Positions 24,337 through 31,764 of a DNA stretch of 41,763 nt are shown here, piece after piece. A program made the position numbers and the translations under genes. Location of the stretch: the IMG/VR virus record IMGVR_UViG_3300005987_000004, positions 1-41,763 of that record; one strand, written 5' to 3'. Origin of the DNA: a virus. Below the pieces are notes generated by a model, which had not been told where the DNA came from, did no database searches, and saw only the letters and a list, made by a program, of their open reading frames with translations. Numbering within the stretch: the stretch's first letter is position 1; every line of letters starts with the position of its first letter.

Positions 24337-24366
24337 GTGGCCCGCACCTTTCGGGGTGCGGGCCAC
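24337..24366 (+). terminator. Stem-loop, putative intrinsic terminator
   Basis: GTGGCCCGCACC-loop-GGTGCGGGCCAC, 14 nt after the stop. Confidence 0.6.
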
Positions 24367-24448
24367 GTTGGCGTTTCCAGCGTGTTTCACATGTCATCGG
24401 CTGTTGTTGGTGGCGTGTGACATGCACTGTGAATGCGGTGTGTGACGG

Positions 24449-24466
24449 TTGAAACGTTCGTTTCAA
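24449..24466. promoter_or_regulatory. Palindrome copy 2: TTGAAAC-GTTC-GTTTCAA
   Basis: Perfect arms. Lies after terminator 24337-24366 and before the next gene. Confidence 0.85.
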
Positions 24467-24504
24467 CTGGGCAAGTTTCCTACTACATGAGAGATGAGAC
24501 AGTG

Positions 24505-24663
24505 ATGAGTCGTAGTGTTGAGTTGGAGTTGTCGCGCCGTGATGTTGAGACGGTGGACCGTGGTGAGCATGATCGTTCGTGGGCTGATCGGTTGATCGCC
24601 TTGAATGATGATTACCGCCACTATCATGGTGGTGCGGTGCGTGTGCAGCGGGTGTGGTCATGA
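24505..24663 (+). CDS. Small hypothetical protein (alternative start 24487)
   Basis: ORF track frame. Its stop overlaps the next ATG (ATGA). Confidence 0.55.
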   Translation: MSRSVELELSRRDVETVDRGEHDRSWADRLIALNDDYRHYHGGAVRVQRVWS

Positions 24664-25091
24664 GTGGCCTGGCTGTTGGTGCGCGTGTGCGGGTGAAGGA
24701 TTCGCACGGTACGGCGTCTGCTGGTCGCACGGGTGAGATCGTCGGTCGGCGTGGCGGTTCTCGGTACGCTTGCGGTCCTCGCTTCTATTGGCGTGTGCGG
24801 TTGGATGATCTGGCTTCGACCTGGTTGTATCCTGATTCGTCGTTGGAGTTGCTGGGCGATGTGTGGGGTCCGCCGACTGGTCCGATGGTGTTCACGTCGG
24901 CCGAGTACGTCGCGTTCTACGGTGGGTGCGGGTTGCCGTGGGCCGTGAACGAACTGTGGTCGGCTGTCGACCCGCTGACAACGCTCGTCCTGCACCTGTG
25001 TGACGATGATGGTGTCGAGCGTTCGGCGTTGGTGTCGTTGCGTCGGGCCGCGCTCGATCTCTACATGCGGTCGTTGGGCGGTGAGGGCTGA
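24660..25091 (+). CDS. Hypothetical protein with an SH3/KOW-like N-terminus
   Basis: ATGA coupling. VGARVRVKD...GRTGEIVG motif. Confidence 0.65.
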   Translation: MSGLAVGARVRVKDSHGTASAGRTGEIVGRRGGSRYACGPRFYWRVRLDDLASTWLYPDSSLELLGDVWGPPTGPMVFTSAEYVAFYGGCGLPWAVNELWSAVDPLTTLVLHLCDDDGVERSALVSLRRAALDLYMRSLGGEG

Positions 25092-25285
25092 TGCGTTGGC
25101 TGTTGCTGGTTGCGTGTTGGGCTGGTTTCGTTGTCGTTGCGATCAACGTCAACGAAGCAACCTCGTTGTCGGGGTGTGTTCCTGTGGGGTCCGAGTTGGT
25201 GCCCGAGTTGGGTGTGGCTGTGTCGCCGCAGGGTCGTGTGGTTGAAACGCGGGTTTCAACTGGCGTCAGGTGGTGCCAGCCGTGA
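25091..25285 (+). CDS. Small protein with an N-terminal hydrophobic/signal-like segment
   Basis: MRWLLLVACWAGFVVVAI. TGATG coupling. Confidence 0.55.
   Translation: MRWLLLVACWAGFVVVAINVNEATSLSGCVPVGSELVPELGVAVSPQGRVVETRVSTGVRWCQP
25242..25259. promoter_or_regulatory. Palindrome copy 3: TTGAAAC-GCGG-GTTTCAA
   Basis: Perfect arms. Lies inside the 3' end of CDS 25091-25285, 23 nt before GTG 25282. Confidence 0.8.
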
Positions 25286-25470
25286 CCCGCATCATGCAAC
25301 CAGGCGACGCCTGCCTTGTCCTCTTCAATGGCGAATACCGTCGCGGCGTCGTTGTGAATGTGGAGGCGAGTGGGCCTTGGCCTGTTGACGTTCAGATCGA
25401 CGGGGAGCAGGATTTGCTTCCGTACAACTACGACCACAACGAGTGCACATGGTTGGAAGGTGAATTGTGA
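25282..25470 (+). CDS. Small SH3-like hypothetical protein
   Basis: GTGA coupling. PGDACLVLFNGEYRRGVVVNV. Confidence 0.55.
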   Translation: MTRIMQPGDACLVLFNGEYRRGVVVNVEASGPWPVDVQIDGEQDLLPYNYDHNECTWLEGEL

Positions 25471-25679
25471 GCGCTGATTTGTATGGTGCGTTCGCTGACC
25501 CGATCTTCCATCTGCGTTCACGTCGTGCGAGTGTGGCTCGCAGGCTGGTGGAGTTGGAGGCCCGCAAATGGTGCGCTTCTCCGTCGTTGACGGGTCGTGC
25601 GTGTGTGCAGTTGCGGCGCACGTTCTACACGCTGGCAGCCCGTGAGGTTGCCCTGCTTGACGCCCTTGGCGTCGCCTAG
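25467..25679 (+). CDS. Small hypothetical protein
   Basis: GTGA coupling. Followed by stem-loop 25695-25724. Confidence 0.55.
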   Translation: MSADLYGAFADPIFHLRSRRASVARRLVELEARKWCASPSLTGRACVQLRRTFYTLAAREVALLDALGVA

Positions 25680-25694
25680 TTGTAGCTCGACTAC

Positions 25695-25724
25695 CACCAC
25701 ACCCGCTTTCGAGCGGGTGTGGTG
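25695..25724 (+). terminator. Stem-loop, putative terminator
   Basis: CACCACACCCGC-TTTCGA-GCGGGTGTGGTG. Confidence 0.5.
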
Positions 25725-25769
25725 CTGGATGCGCTACAGCATCAACTACCACAACAAGGAGAAACAATC

Positions 25770-26099
25770 ATGACTGCATCAGCAGTAGCACCCACCACCA
25801 TGGTCATCGACGGCGTCGAATTCGTCCGAGCCGACAGCGTCAAGCCTGTCGGCCCGTCGGAGTGGCGTATCGTGATCGCCCAGCGCGGCTGGGTGTTCGT
25901 CGGCAGGTTCGAGCAGAACGGTGAGGAAATCACCCTGCACGACGCGTCGACGATTCGCACGTGGGGTACCACGAAGGGCCTGGGCCAGTTGGCGTTGGAG
26001 GGCAAGCAGACGGGCACGAAGCTGGACAAGGCGGGCACGGTGAAGTTGCATGTGTTGGGGGTGGTGGCGACGTTCGATACGGCGCACACGTCATGGTGA
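25770..26099 (+). CDS. Hypothetical beta-rich protein
   Basis: CTACCACAACAAGGAG upstream of the ATG. WRIVIAQRGWVFVGRF block. Confidence 0.7.
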   Translation: MTASAVAPTTMVIDGVEFVRADSVKPVGPSEWRIVIAQRGWVFVGRFEQNGEEITLHDASTIRTWGTTKGLGQLALEGKQTGTKLDKAGTVKLHVLGVVATFDTAHTSW

Positions 26100-26503
26100 G
26101 GGTCGGCGACAAGATCGTCGTATCCAGCCGATGCCCTGTAGGCCGCGGGCGAACTGGCCTTGTCGTTCGACTGGGCGTCGAACGCGACGGAAGGCCCACG
26201 GCACGCGCCTTGATGGACGACACAGGCTCCACCGCAACCTGGTACCACACATCGCTGACCGTCACCCAGCCCGCACTCACCAGAGTCATGGCCTCGTTGG
26301 GCGAAGACGCCCAAACGTCCTACGGCTACGGCTACGGCTACGGCTACGGCAACGGCTACGGCAACGGCCACGGCTACGGCTACGGCTACGGCAACGGCTA
26401 CGGCAACGGCTACGGCTACGGCGACGGCGACGGCTACGGCAACGGCTACGGCTACAGCTACGGCGACGGCAACGGCAACGGCAGCGGCTACGGCTACAGC
26501 TGA
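26093..26503 (+). CDS. SH3/KOW-like domain protein with a C-terminal Gly-Tyr(-Asn/Asp) repeat tail
   Basis: MVRVGDKIVV...GRGRTGLVV, then about 60 residues of GYGYGNGYG repeats. Confidence 0.7.
   Translation: MVRVGDKIVVSSRCPVGRGRTGLVVRLGVERDGRPTARALMDDTGSTATWYHTSLTVTQPALTRVMASLGEDAQTSYGYGYGYGYGNGYGNGHGYGYGYGNGYGNGYGYGDGDGYGNGYGYSYGDGNGNGSGYGYS
26321..26500 (+). repeat. 180-bp tandem array of TACGGC / AACGGC / GACGGC hexamers (in-frame, encodes YG/NG/DG)
   Basis: Read directly from the sequence. The antisense frame gives the spurious (AV)n ORF 25742-26515. Confidence 0.95.
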
Positions 26504-26513
26504 ACCAACGACC

Positions 26514-26558
26514 ATTCACGCATATCGGAAGGTCCAACCCCTTCCGATGTGCGTGAAT
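26514..26558 (+). terminator. Long stem-loop (19-bp arms, one mismatch), putative terminator
   Basis: ATTCACGCATATCGGAAGG-TCCAACC-CCTTCCGATGTGCGTGAAT. Confidence 0.6.
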
Positions 26559-26568
26559 GGTTGCACAA

Positions 26569-26586
26569 CTGAAACGACCATTTCAA
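26569..26586. promoter_or_regulatory. Palindrome copy 4: CTGAAAC-GACC-ATTTCAA
   Basis: The 21-nt string CTGAAACGACCATTTCAATCC is identical to that of copy 6. Lies after stem-loop 26514-26558. Confidence 0.85.
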
Positions 26587-26630
26587 TCCAATCCAACAGC
26601 AAACACCCACCACATTAGGAGAGAAAGACG

Positions 26631-26834
26631 ATGTTCACGATCATTGGATACGTTGTTGTTGCAGCGGTTGCTGCGGCAATGATTGTTGTCGGGGTTCGCA
26701 AGGCCCGACAGGAATACCAGCGAGGCTTCAACGATGGCTTGTTGGAAGGAATCGACGAGGGTGCCGCCTCGGGTTGGGCTGCGGCGTTCGCGTTCTACAC
26801 CATCATCGACGATGAGGGCGGGGTGCGCTCATGA
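26631..26834 (+). CDS. Small membrane protein
   Basis: AGGAGAGAAAG SD. TM segment IIGYVVVAAVAAAMIVVGV. Confidence 0.7.
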   Translation: MFTIIGYVVVAAVAAAMIVVGVRKARQEYQRGFNDGLLEGIDEGAASGWAAAFAFYTIIDDEGGVRS

Positions 26835-28846
26835 GCATCATCCGCATCGCCCTGCTCGACTATCGGCCAGGCCAGGGCGACTTCCTTGCCTTGCCTGATC
26901 GGGCGGAGGTCACCACCGAACAGATGGCAGGTGCCGCCCTGTACGGCGACCTCCCCTGTCTGCTGCTCGCCGTCCGAGAAGACCGCCGAATCCATGCGGC
27001 CGACTGGCTGCGACGCATGGGGATGCGTTGCTGGGTGTGGGTGTCTGGCGTCACCCCCGCCCGCACCCGCGATTCCAGCTTCACCGACCCGTTGCGGTTG
27101 CTTGCGTTGTCGACGTGGGACTCCAACCAGCACAGTATCGTGTTCGGTGGTCTGCGTTCGTACAACGAATACGAATTCCCACCCGTTCCCGTTTCCCCTA
27201 CCACCAATCCCATCAACACAGGAGACAACATCATGCCGAACAACAACATGGTCGACTACAGCCAACTGGTCGTGTCCACCGCGTCGTGGGACCGCCCCCG
27301 AGACAGTCGTGGACGGTTCACCGTCACATCACAGCGCAGCATCCTCATCGACGAAGCCCCCCGCTCAACCCTGGACGTCGATCTCGCCATCCTCTACGGG
27401 TCGCCCGAAGTGCAGACCGAACCCGCCATGGACACAGGCCCGTACGTGAACTCGTACGGGTCGACCTACATGGTCGAAGCATGCACCTACGAGCAGGCGT
27501 GCGAATCGTTCGGCGACCCGCAACGCTGCGCCCACTGCCACAACTGGTTCGACCTTGACAGCACATTGCAGCTGGCGAACGGACAGTACTACACCGACCA
27601 GAGCGCCAGCCCAACATGGTCGGGTCGGCGATCGCAGGTGTACCTGACCCGATGCTGCCCCCGCTGCATCGACCGCAGCAGCGAACGGTACTTCAACTGC
27701 GCGGTCTGCGAAGAACGGGAAGGCGAACCGATCTACTACCCGCGCCGCGACCGCGCCTCGAACGCATCGATGTGCTTCGCCTGCTGGGAAGACAGCAACT
27801 CTCGGGAATACGACGACGACGACGGATACGTTGTTGAGGACGGGCGCATCATCCACGACTACTCGTACCGCCCCGCACCCGAATTCCGTCACAACGACGG
27901 CAGCGTCGGTTTCGACGCTGCCGACCATGTGACGTACATGGGGTTCGAGTTGGAAATGGAATGCACCAACGGTGCAGACCCCACCACCCTCGGGCGGACC
28001 ATCCTCAAAGACCTGAACGATGCCGCCTACATCAAGACCGACGGGTCGCTGTCCTACGGCATCGAACTCGTCACCCACCCGCACACCCTCGCCGCCTACA
28101 AGGACGGGTTCGATTGGGGATGGGCTGAGAAGGTCGCGAACATGGGTGGCCGTTCCTGGTCGGCCAGCTCATGCGGCCTGCACATCCATGTGGGTGTGTC
28201 GACGTTCGAGTCCCGTTCCCACTTCGCACGCTGGTGGATGCTGTTCCACCGCAACGCCGACCAGTGGGTGAAACTCGCAGGTCGCGATTCGGCCCGCTGG
28301 GCGAACTTCGGCGACTGGGACGACTCGGCAGCGAACCAGGGTGCCATCCGTCGGGCGATCGGCTACATGCCGTTCAACTTGGAGAACTCGCCGTCCGCTC
28401 CGCCACCACCCGACTACTATCGGATGCGCCCGCAGCAGATCGACGAAGCCGAGTTCCGTCGCAACCAGTTCTTCAAGTACCACCCGAACCAGCTGGCACA
28501 GAAGGGGCGACGTGGCGGCACCCGTTACGTCGCGCTGAACACCAACAACGAACACACGGTGGAACTCAGGTTCTGGCGTCCATCGCTGCGTCACACCACT
28601 GTGCTCGCAGCGTTGGAAGCGACCGCCGCTTCCGTAGAGTACACCCGCGGGCTGCGGGTCCTCAACAAGAAAGAGGACCTGGCAACAAAGCTGGCTGTCG
28701 TGAAGTGGGACGCGTTCCGCAGCTGGGTGAAGGACCACGCCAACGAGTACCCGTACCTGGATTCGCGCATCGTCGCCCGCTTCAACGAAGCGGGCGACGG
28801 CGAACCCGAAGCTGGGAACGTCGACGAACGTGTCGGCGCACTGTGA
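26831..28846 (+). CDS. Amidoligase (Amidoligase_2 / GS-like COOH-NH2 ligase family) with a long N-terminal extension carrying four CxxC pairs
   Basis: Blocks YMGFELEME, DGSLSYGIELVTHP, SSCGLHIHV and TRYVALN..HTVELRFWRPSL. N-terminal CAHC/CPRC/CAVC/CFAC pairs. An in-frame ATG at 27233 has its own GGAGA SD. Confidence 0.75.
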   Translation: MSIIRIALLDYRPGQGDFLALPDRAEVTTEQMAGAALYGDLPCLLLAVREDRRIHAADWLRRMGMRCWVWVSGVTPARTRDSSFTDPLRLLALSTWDSNQHSIVFGGLRSYNEYEFPPVPVSPTTNPINTGDNIMPNNNMVDYSQLVVSTASWDRPRDSRGRFTVTSQRSILIDEAPRSTLDVDLAILYGSPEVQTEPAMDTGPYVNSYGSTYMVEACTYEQACESFGDPQRCAHCHNWFDLDSTLQLANGQYYTDQSASPTWSGRRSQVYLTRCCPRCIDRSSERYFNCAVCEEREGEPIYYPRRDRASNASMCFACWEDSNSREYDDDDGYVVEDGRIIHDYSYRPAPEFRHNDGSVGFDAADHVTYMGFELEMECTNGADPTTLGRTILKDLNDAAYIKTDGSLSYGIELVTHPHTLAAYKDGFDWGWAEKVANMGGRSWSASSCGLHIHVGVSTFESRSHFARWWMLFHRNADQWVKLAGRDSARWANFGDWDDSAANQGAIRRAIGYMPFNLENSPSAPPPPDYYRMRPQQIDEAEFRRNQFFKYHPNQLAQKGRRGGTRYVALNTNNEHTVELRFWRPSLRHTTVLAALEATAASVEYTRGLRVLNKKEDLATKLAVVKWDAFRSWVKDHANEYPYLDSRIVARFNEAGDGEPEAGNVDERVGAL

Positions 28847-28879
28847 CCACCAACGCAACCAGCAACCCCATCATCCGAA

Positions 28880-28897
28880 CTGAAATGGAGATTTCAA
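28880..28897. promoter_or_regulatory. Palindrome copy 5: CTGAAAT-GGAG-ATTTCAA
   Basis: The spacer GGAG is the only SD-like element for ATG 28902. Confidence 0.8.
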
Positions 28898-28901
28898 CCA
28901 C

Positions 28902-29978
28902 ATGTGCATTCTGATTCACACCACAGGCGACGGCAACACACCCACCAAAGACGCGCTCATCACAGCGTGCGACAACAACCCCGACGGGTTCGGTTGGGCG
29001 ATCGTGTACCCGACCGAAATCTGGTCGCATCGCACGATGGACGCCGCCCAGGCGGTCAACTCGTACCTCAACGCGATGGCAGCGGTCGAGGGCCGCTACC
29101 CGTCACTGTTCCACGCCCGCATCACCACACACGGCATCACGAACGTCGAGAACTGTCACCCGTTCAAGGTGGGCGACCATCAGACGATGCTCGCCCACAA
29201 CGGCATCATCACGAACGTGCCAGACATGAAAGATGGTCGGTCTGACACCCGCACGTTCGCCGAAGACTGGCTACCCCAGCTGGGGTTGGAGATGCTCGAC
29301 GACCCCGACGAGTTCGATCAGCTCGAACGGTTCATCGGGGCGTCGAAAATCGTGGTGCTCACCACCGACCCCCGACTCAAGCACTCCACGTACATCCTGA
29401 ACGAGTCGTACGGCAAGTGGGAGAACGGCATCTGGTACTCGAACAGTTCGCATCGTGAAAGCTACCAAACCTACACCACCAGCTACTCGCATGGTGGCGG
29501 CTGGTCCGAGAACCGCGAGTGGACAGGATGGCGGCCGTCGCAATCCACATTCGGGGTCATCAAGGAAGCGGACGGGCGGGAGTTCTACTTCCGTAAGGAC
29601 GAAGAACAAGAACAGTTGGACCCGTTGTTCTGCGATTTCTGCAACGAGTACTTCCTGTCCGCCGACGACTACTGCCCACAGTGCGACATGTGCGCCATCT
29701 GCGGCCGTTGGAACTGTCGGTGCGGCAAGGAAAGTGCACTCACCCCCGAAGATGGGGGCGAGTGGATTCCGACCGAATGGGAGCTGGGCCGCGACTGGTT
29801 CCAGAACGCAGACGGCGCACTGCTGCTGTGGGACAACGCTCTCGAACAGTGGCGGCCCGCCACGAACGCCGAATGCGACATCCACATCGCCATGCACGGT
29901 CCACTGTGGTCACCACTCGACGACGTCCATGACGCCGAAGACATCCATGCCGAATCCACCCTGTTCGTCGAACTCTAA
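28902..29978 (+). CDS. Class-II (Ntn, N-terminal Cys) glutamine amidotransferase-like protein with a Cys-rich C-terminal tail
   Basis: Starts MC, then HARITTHG, NCHPF and AHNGII. C-terminal CDFC..CPQCDMCAICGRWNCRC. Confidence 0.75.
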   Translation: MCILIHTTGDGNTPTKDALITACDNNPDGFGWAIVYPTEIWSHRTMDAAQAVNSYLNAMAAVEGRYPSLFHARITTHGITNVENCHPFKVGDHQTMLAHNGIITNVPDMKDGRSDTRTFAEDWLPQLGLEMLDDPDEFDQLERFIGASKIVVLTTDPRLKHSTYILNESYGKWENGIWYSNSSHRESYQTYTTSYSHGGGWSENREWTGWRPSQSTFGVIKEADGREFYFRKDEEQEQLDPLFCDFCNEYFLSADDYCPQCDMCAICGRWNCRCGKESALTPEDGGEWIPTEWELGRDWFQNADGALLLWDNALEQWRPATNAECDIHIAMHGPLWSPLDDVHDAEDIHAESTLFVEL

Positions 29979-29994
29979 CCCGAAAGACCAAACA

Positions 29995-30252
29995 ATGACC
30001 ACGATCACAAACCCGAACCCCGACATCTTCTACATGGAAGACGATCAACTGATGGCCAGCCTGGGTGTGTCGATGCCCGAGTTGGAAGCACTTCACAAGA
30101 CGTTGGGCATCGCCCTGTCGAACCTGATGGGCAAAGCAGGACGGCTGCCACCTGGCACCCCGCTGCACCAGTCCGTCACATCCGAACTGGCGTTGTTGTC
30201 GTCGTTGCAGCAGGAAGTGTTGGGCATCTACGCTGAGTACCAGTCAGGCTGA
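29995..30252 (+). CDS. Small helical acidic hypothetical protein
   Basis: ORF-track frame, ATG 29995, last gene before palindrome copy 6. Confidence 0.6.
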   Translation: MTTITNPNPDIFYMEDDQLMASLGVSMPELEALHKTLGIALSNLMGKAGRLPPGTPLHQSVTSELALLSSLQQEVLGIYAEYQSG

Positions 30253-30266
30253 AACGACCATTTCAA
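30249..30266. promoter_or_regulatory. Palindrome copy 6: CTGAAAC-GACC-ATTTCAA
   Basis: Overlaps the stop codon at 30250-30252, 47 nt before ATG 30313. Confidence 0.85.
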
Positions 30267-30312
30267 TCCGCAAGATCACCAAGCAAGTACCTACCATAAG
30301 GAGAAAGTTGTA

Positions 30313-30540
30313 ATGCAAGCACAAATCGAAACCGTTGAGCCGAACGTGACGCTCACCATGACGAAGACCGAAGCCGATCAGCTGTTTCGGGTGATGGGCT
30401 ATTCATGCGTCTCGGCCTGGGAAGGCTATGTGGGCGCAGTGTTCTACACCCCTCGCCGACCGATCACCCCCGACGAAGCGTCGGCGATCGGCAACAAGGT
30501 GTACCTCACCCTGAACACCATCCTCGGAGGCCAGGAATGA
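30313..30540 (+). CDS. Hypothetical protein
   Basis: CTACCATAAGGAG upstream of the ATG. Confidence 0.7.
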   Translation: MQAQIETVEPNVTLTMTKTEADQLFRVMGYSCVSAWEGYVGAVFYTPRRPITPDEASAIGNKVYLTLNTILGGQE

Positions 30541-30746
30541 GCGTCAACAGCGAATTCATCACTGAAACCGTCGACATCGTCAACGACTGCCGCCTGTGGG
30601 ACGTCAACATCGGAGCTATCGGCTCGCTCACAACCAGCGAGGTGCGAGACATCCTGACACTCCTCGAAGGTTGGGGGTACGTGTGGGGAGACGTCCCGTA
30701 CATGCCGTTCGAGTACGACGTCGTTTCCAAGTGGGGTCGGCCATGA
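30537..30746 (+). CDS. Hypothetical protein
   Basis: ATGA coupling. Confidence 0.6.
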   Translation: MSVNSEFITETVDIVNDCRLWDVNIGAIGSLTTSEVRDILTLLEGWGYVWGDVPYMPFEYDVVSKWGRP

Positions 30747-30925
30747 ACCGCTACCTGCTGTTCGCTGGCAGCCAGTACTACCCCAGTCGGGGGTGGCGAG
30801 ATTTCATCGCCAGCTTCGAGACGAAAGCCGAAGCGGTTCACGAAGCCGCAAAAGGCAGGGAAGATTGGTGGCAGATCGTTGACCTTGACACCGAAAGCGT
30901 TGTTGATGAAGGGACGCGTTCATGA
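30743..30925 (+). CDS. Hypothetical protein (YLLFAGSQYYP..GW.DF type small phage protein)
   Basis: ATGA coupling. Confidence 0.6.
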   Translation: MNRYLLFAGSQYYPSRGWRDFIASFETKAEAVHEAAKGREDWWQIVDLDTESVVDEGTRS

Positions 30926-31239
30926 GTGATCAGCCGTCGCTCGCACGACTTCTCGCCTTCCATGCCGAAGTCCCCGTCGTCGAAGCGGCAGAACTGCTGT
31001 CGTCGCATCACATGGAAATCCTGCGCACCATCCTTGGTGCGTGGGGTGACATGGCGGCCGACTGCGGGGAAGAGAAATCGACGTACGACTACCTGGTCAA
31101 CATTGGCCTCACCCCAGCGGTAGCGCGCTGGGTGTGCGGTCAACCGCAAACCGAACCACAACAGACGATCGCTGAACGCGAGTTGTGGGAGCAGTTGCCG
31201 CTACCTGATGAACTTCTGCCGTGGACGGTGACGTCATGA
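30922..31239 (+). CDS. Hypothetical protein
   Basis: ATGA coupling; ORF track. Confidence 0.65.
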   Translation: MSDQPSLARLLAFHAEVPVVEAAELLSSHHMEILRTILGAWGDMAADCGEEKSTYDYLVNIGLTPAVARWVCGQPQTEPQQTIAERELWEQLPLPDELLPWTVTS

Positions 31240-31496
31240 CCGCCGACAGACTGACCGACGGGCAGGTTGCTGCCATCCTGCTGTGTCCGAAGAACTTTGA
31301 GGATGAGGGTTGGGACGAGTACACGGGGTCGAACCTCCAAGGACTCGCCCGTGAGGTGGCGGCGTACCGCGCCGCCATGAAGGAAGTCGATTCGGACGAC
31401 GCACCCTGCGAGTACCGAGGCACCGAGCATTTCGCCTGGGCCTCTGGCTGGAACGCCGCCATCGAACACCTGCGTCAGGCGGCGGATGGCGGCTAA
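31236..31496 (+). CDS. Hypothetical protein
   Basis: ATGA coupling. Confidence 0.6.
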   Translation: MTADRLTDGQVAAILLCPKNFEDEGWDEYTGSNLQGLAREVAAYRAAMKEVDSDDAPCEYRGTEHFAWASGWNAAIEHLRQAADGG

Positions 31497-31764
31497 GAAG
31501 AAACAGGCCCCGCTGCCTGTACTCAACATCGGGGGCGCAGTCAGGGAACTGCGCCCCCAGGACCGCCGACCTGACGGGTCGGTCATTCTGCAATGCCACG
31601 GTGGCCCGTATGACCGCCGTCAGCTGCGCCTGTACCCACCGTTCAATGACCCTGTTGTGGTTGCTGATGGTGTGTACAGGTTGGCTGGTCCCGCCCAGCA
31701 GGGTGGGGCGGATGGTTTGTTGTTTCAACGTGAGGGTGTGCCCTCGGAAAAGGATGTGATTTGA
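31486..31764 (+). CDS. Hypothetical protein
   Basis: ORF track; 11-nt overlap with the upstream gene. Confidence 0.6.
   Translation: MAAKKKQAPLPVLNIGGAVRELRPQDRRPDGSVILQCHGGPYDRRQLRLYPPFNDPVVVADGVYRLAGPAQQGGADGLLFQREGVPSEKDVI

Noticed and set aside
24892-25767. Minus-strand 291-aa ORF across the early genes
   Set aside because: Its composition is Thr/Pro/Arg/His-rich low complexity. It overlaps four coupled plus-strand genes and has no late-strand start motif or SD.
26321-26500. Tandem repeat considered as a CRISPR array or satellite
   Set aside because: The units are 6 bp with no spacers, and they are in frame within a CDS, so this is not CRISPR.
25742-26515. Minus-strand 257-aa ORF with an (AV)n repeat
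   Set aside because: It is the reverse complement of the in-frame TACGGC/AACGGC repeat of CDS 26093-26503. It crosses two plus-strand genes and a terminator.
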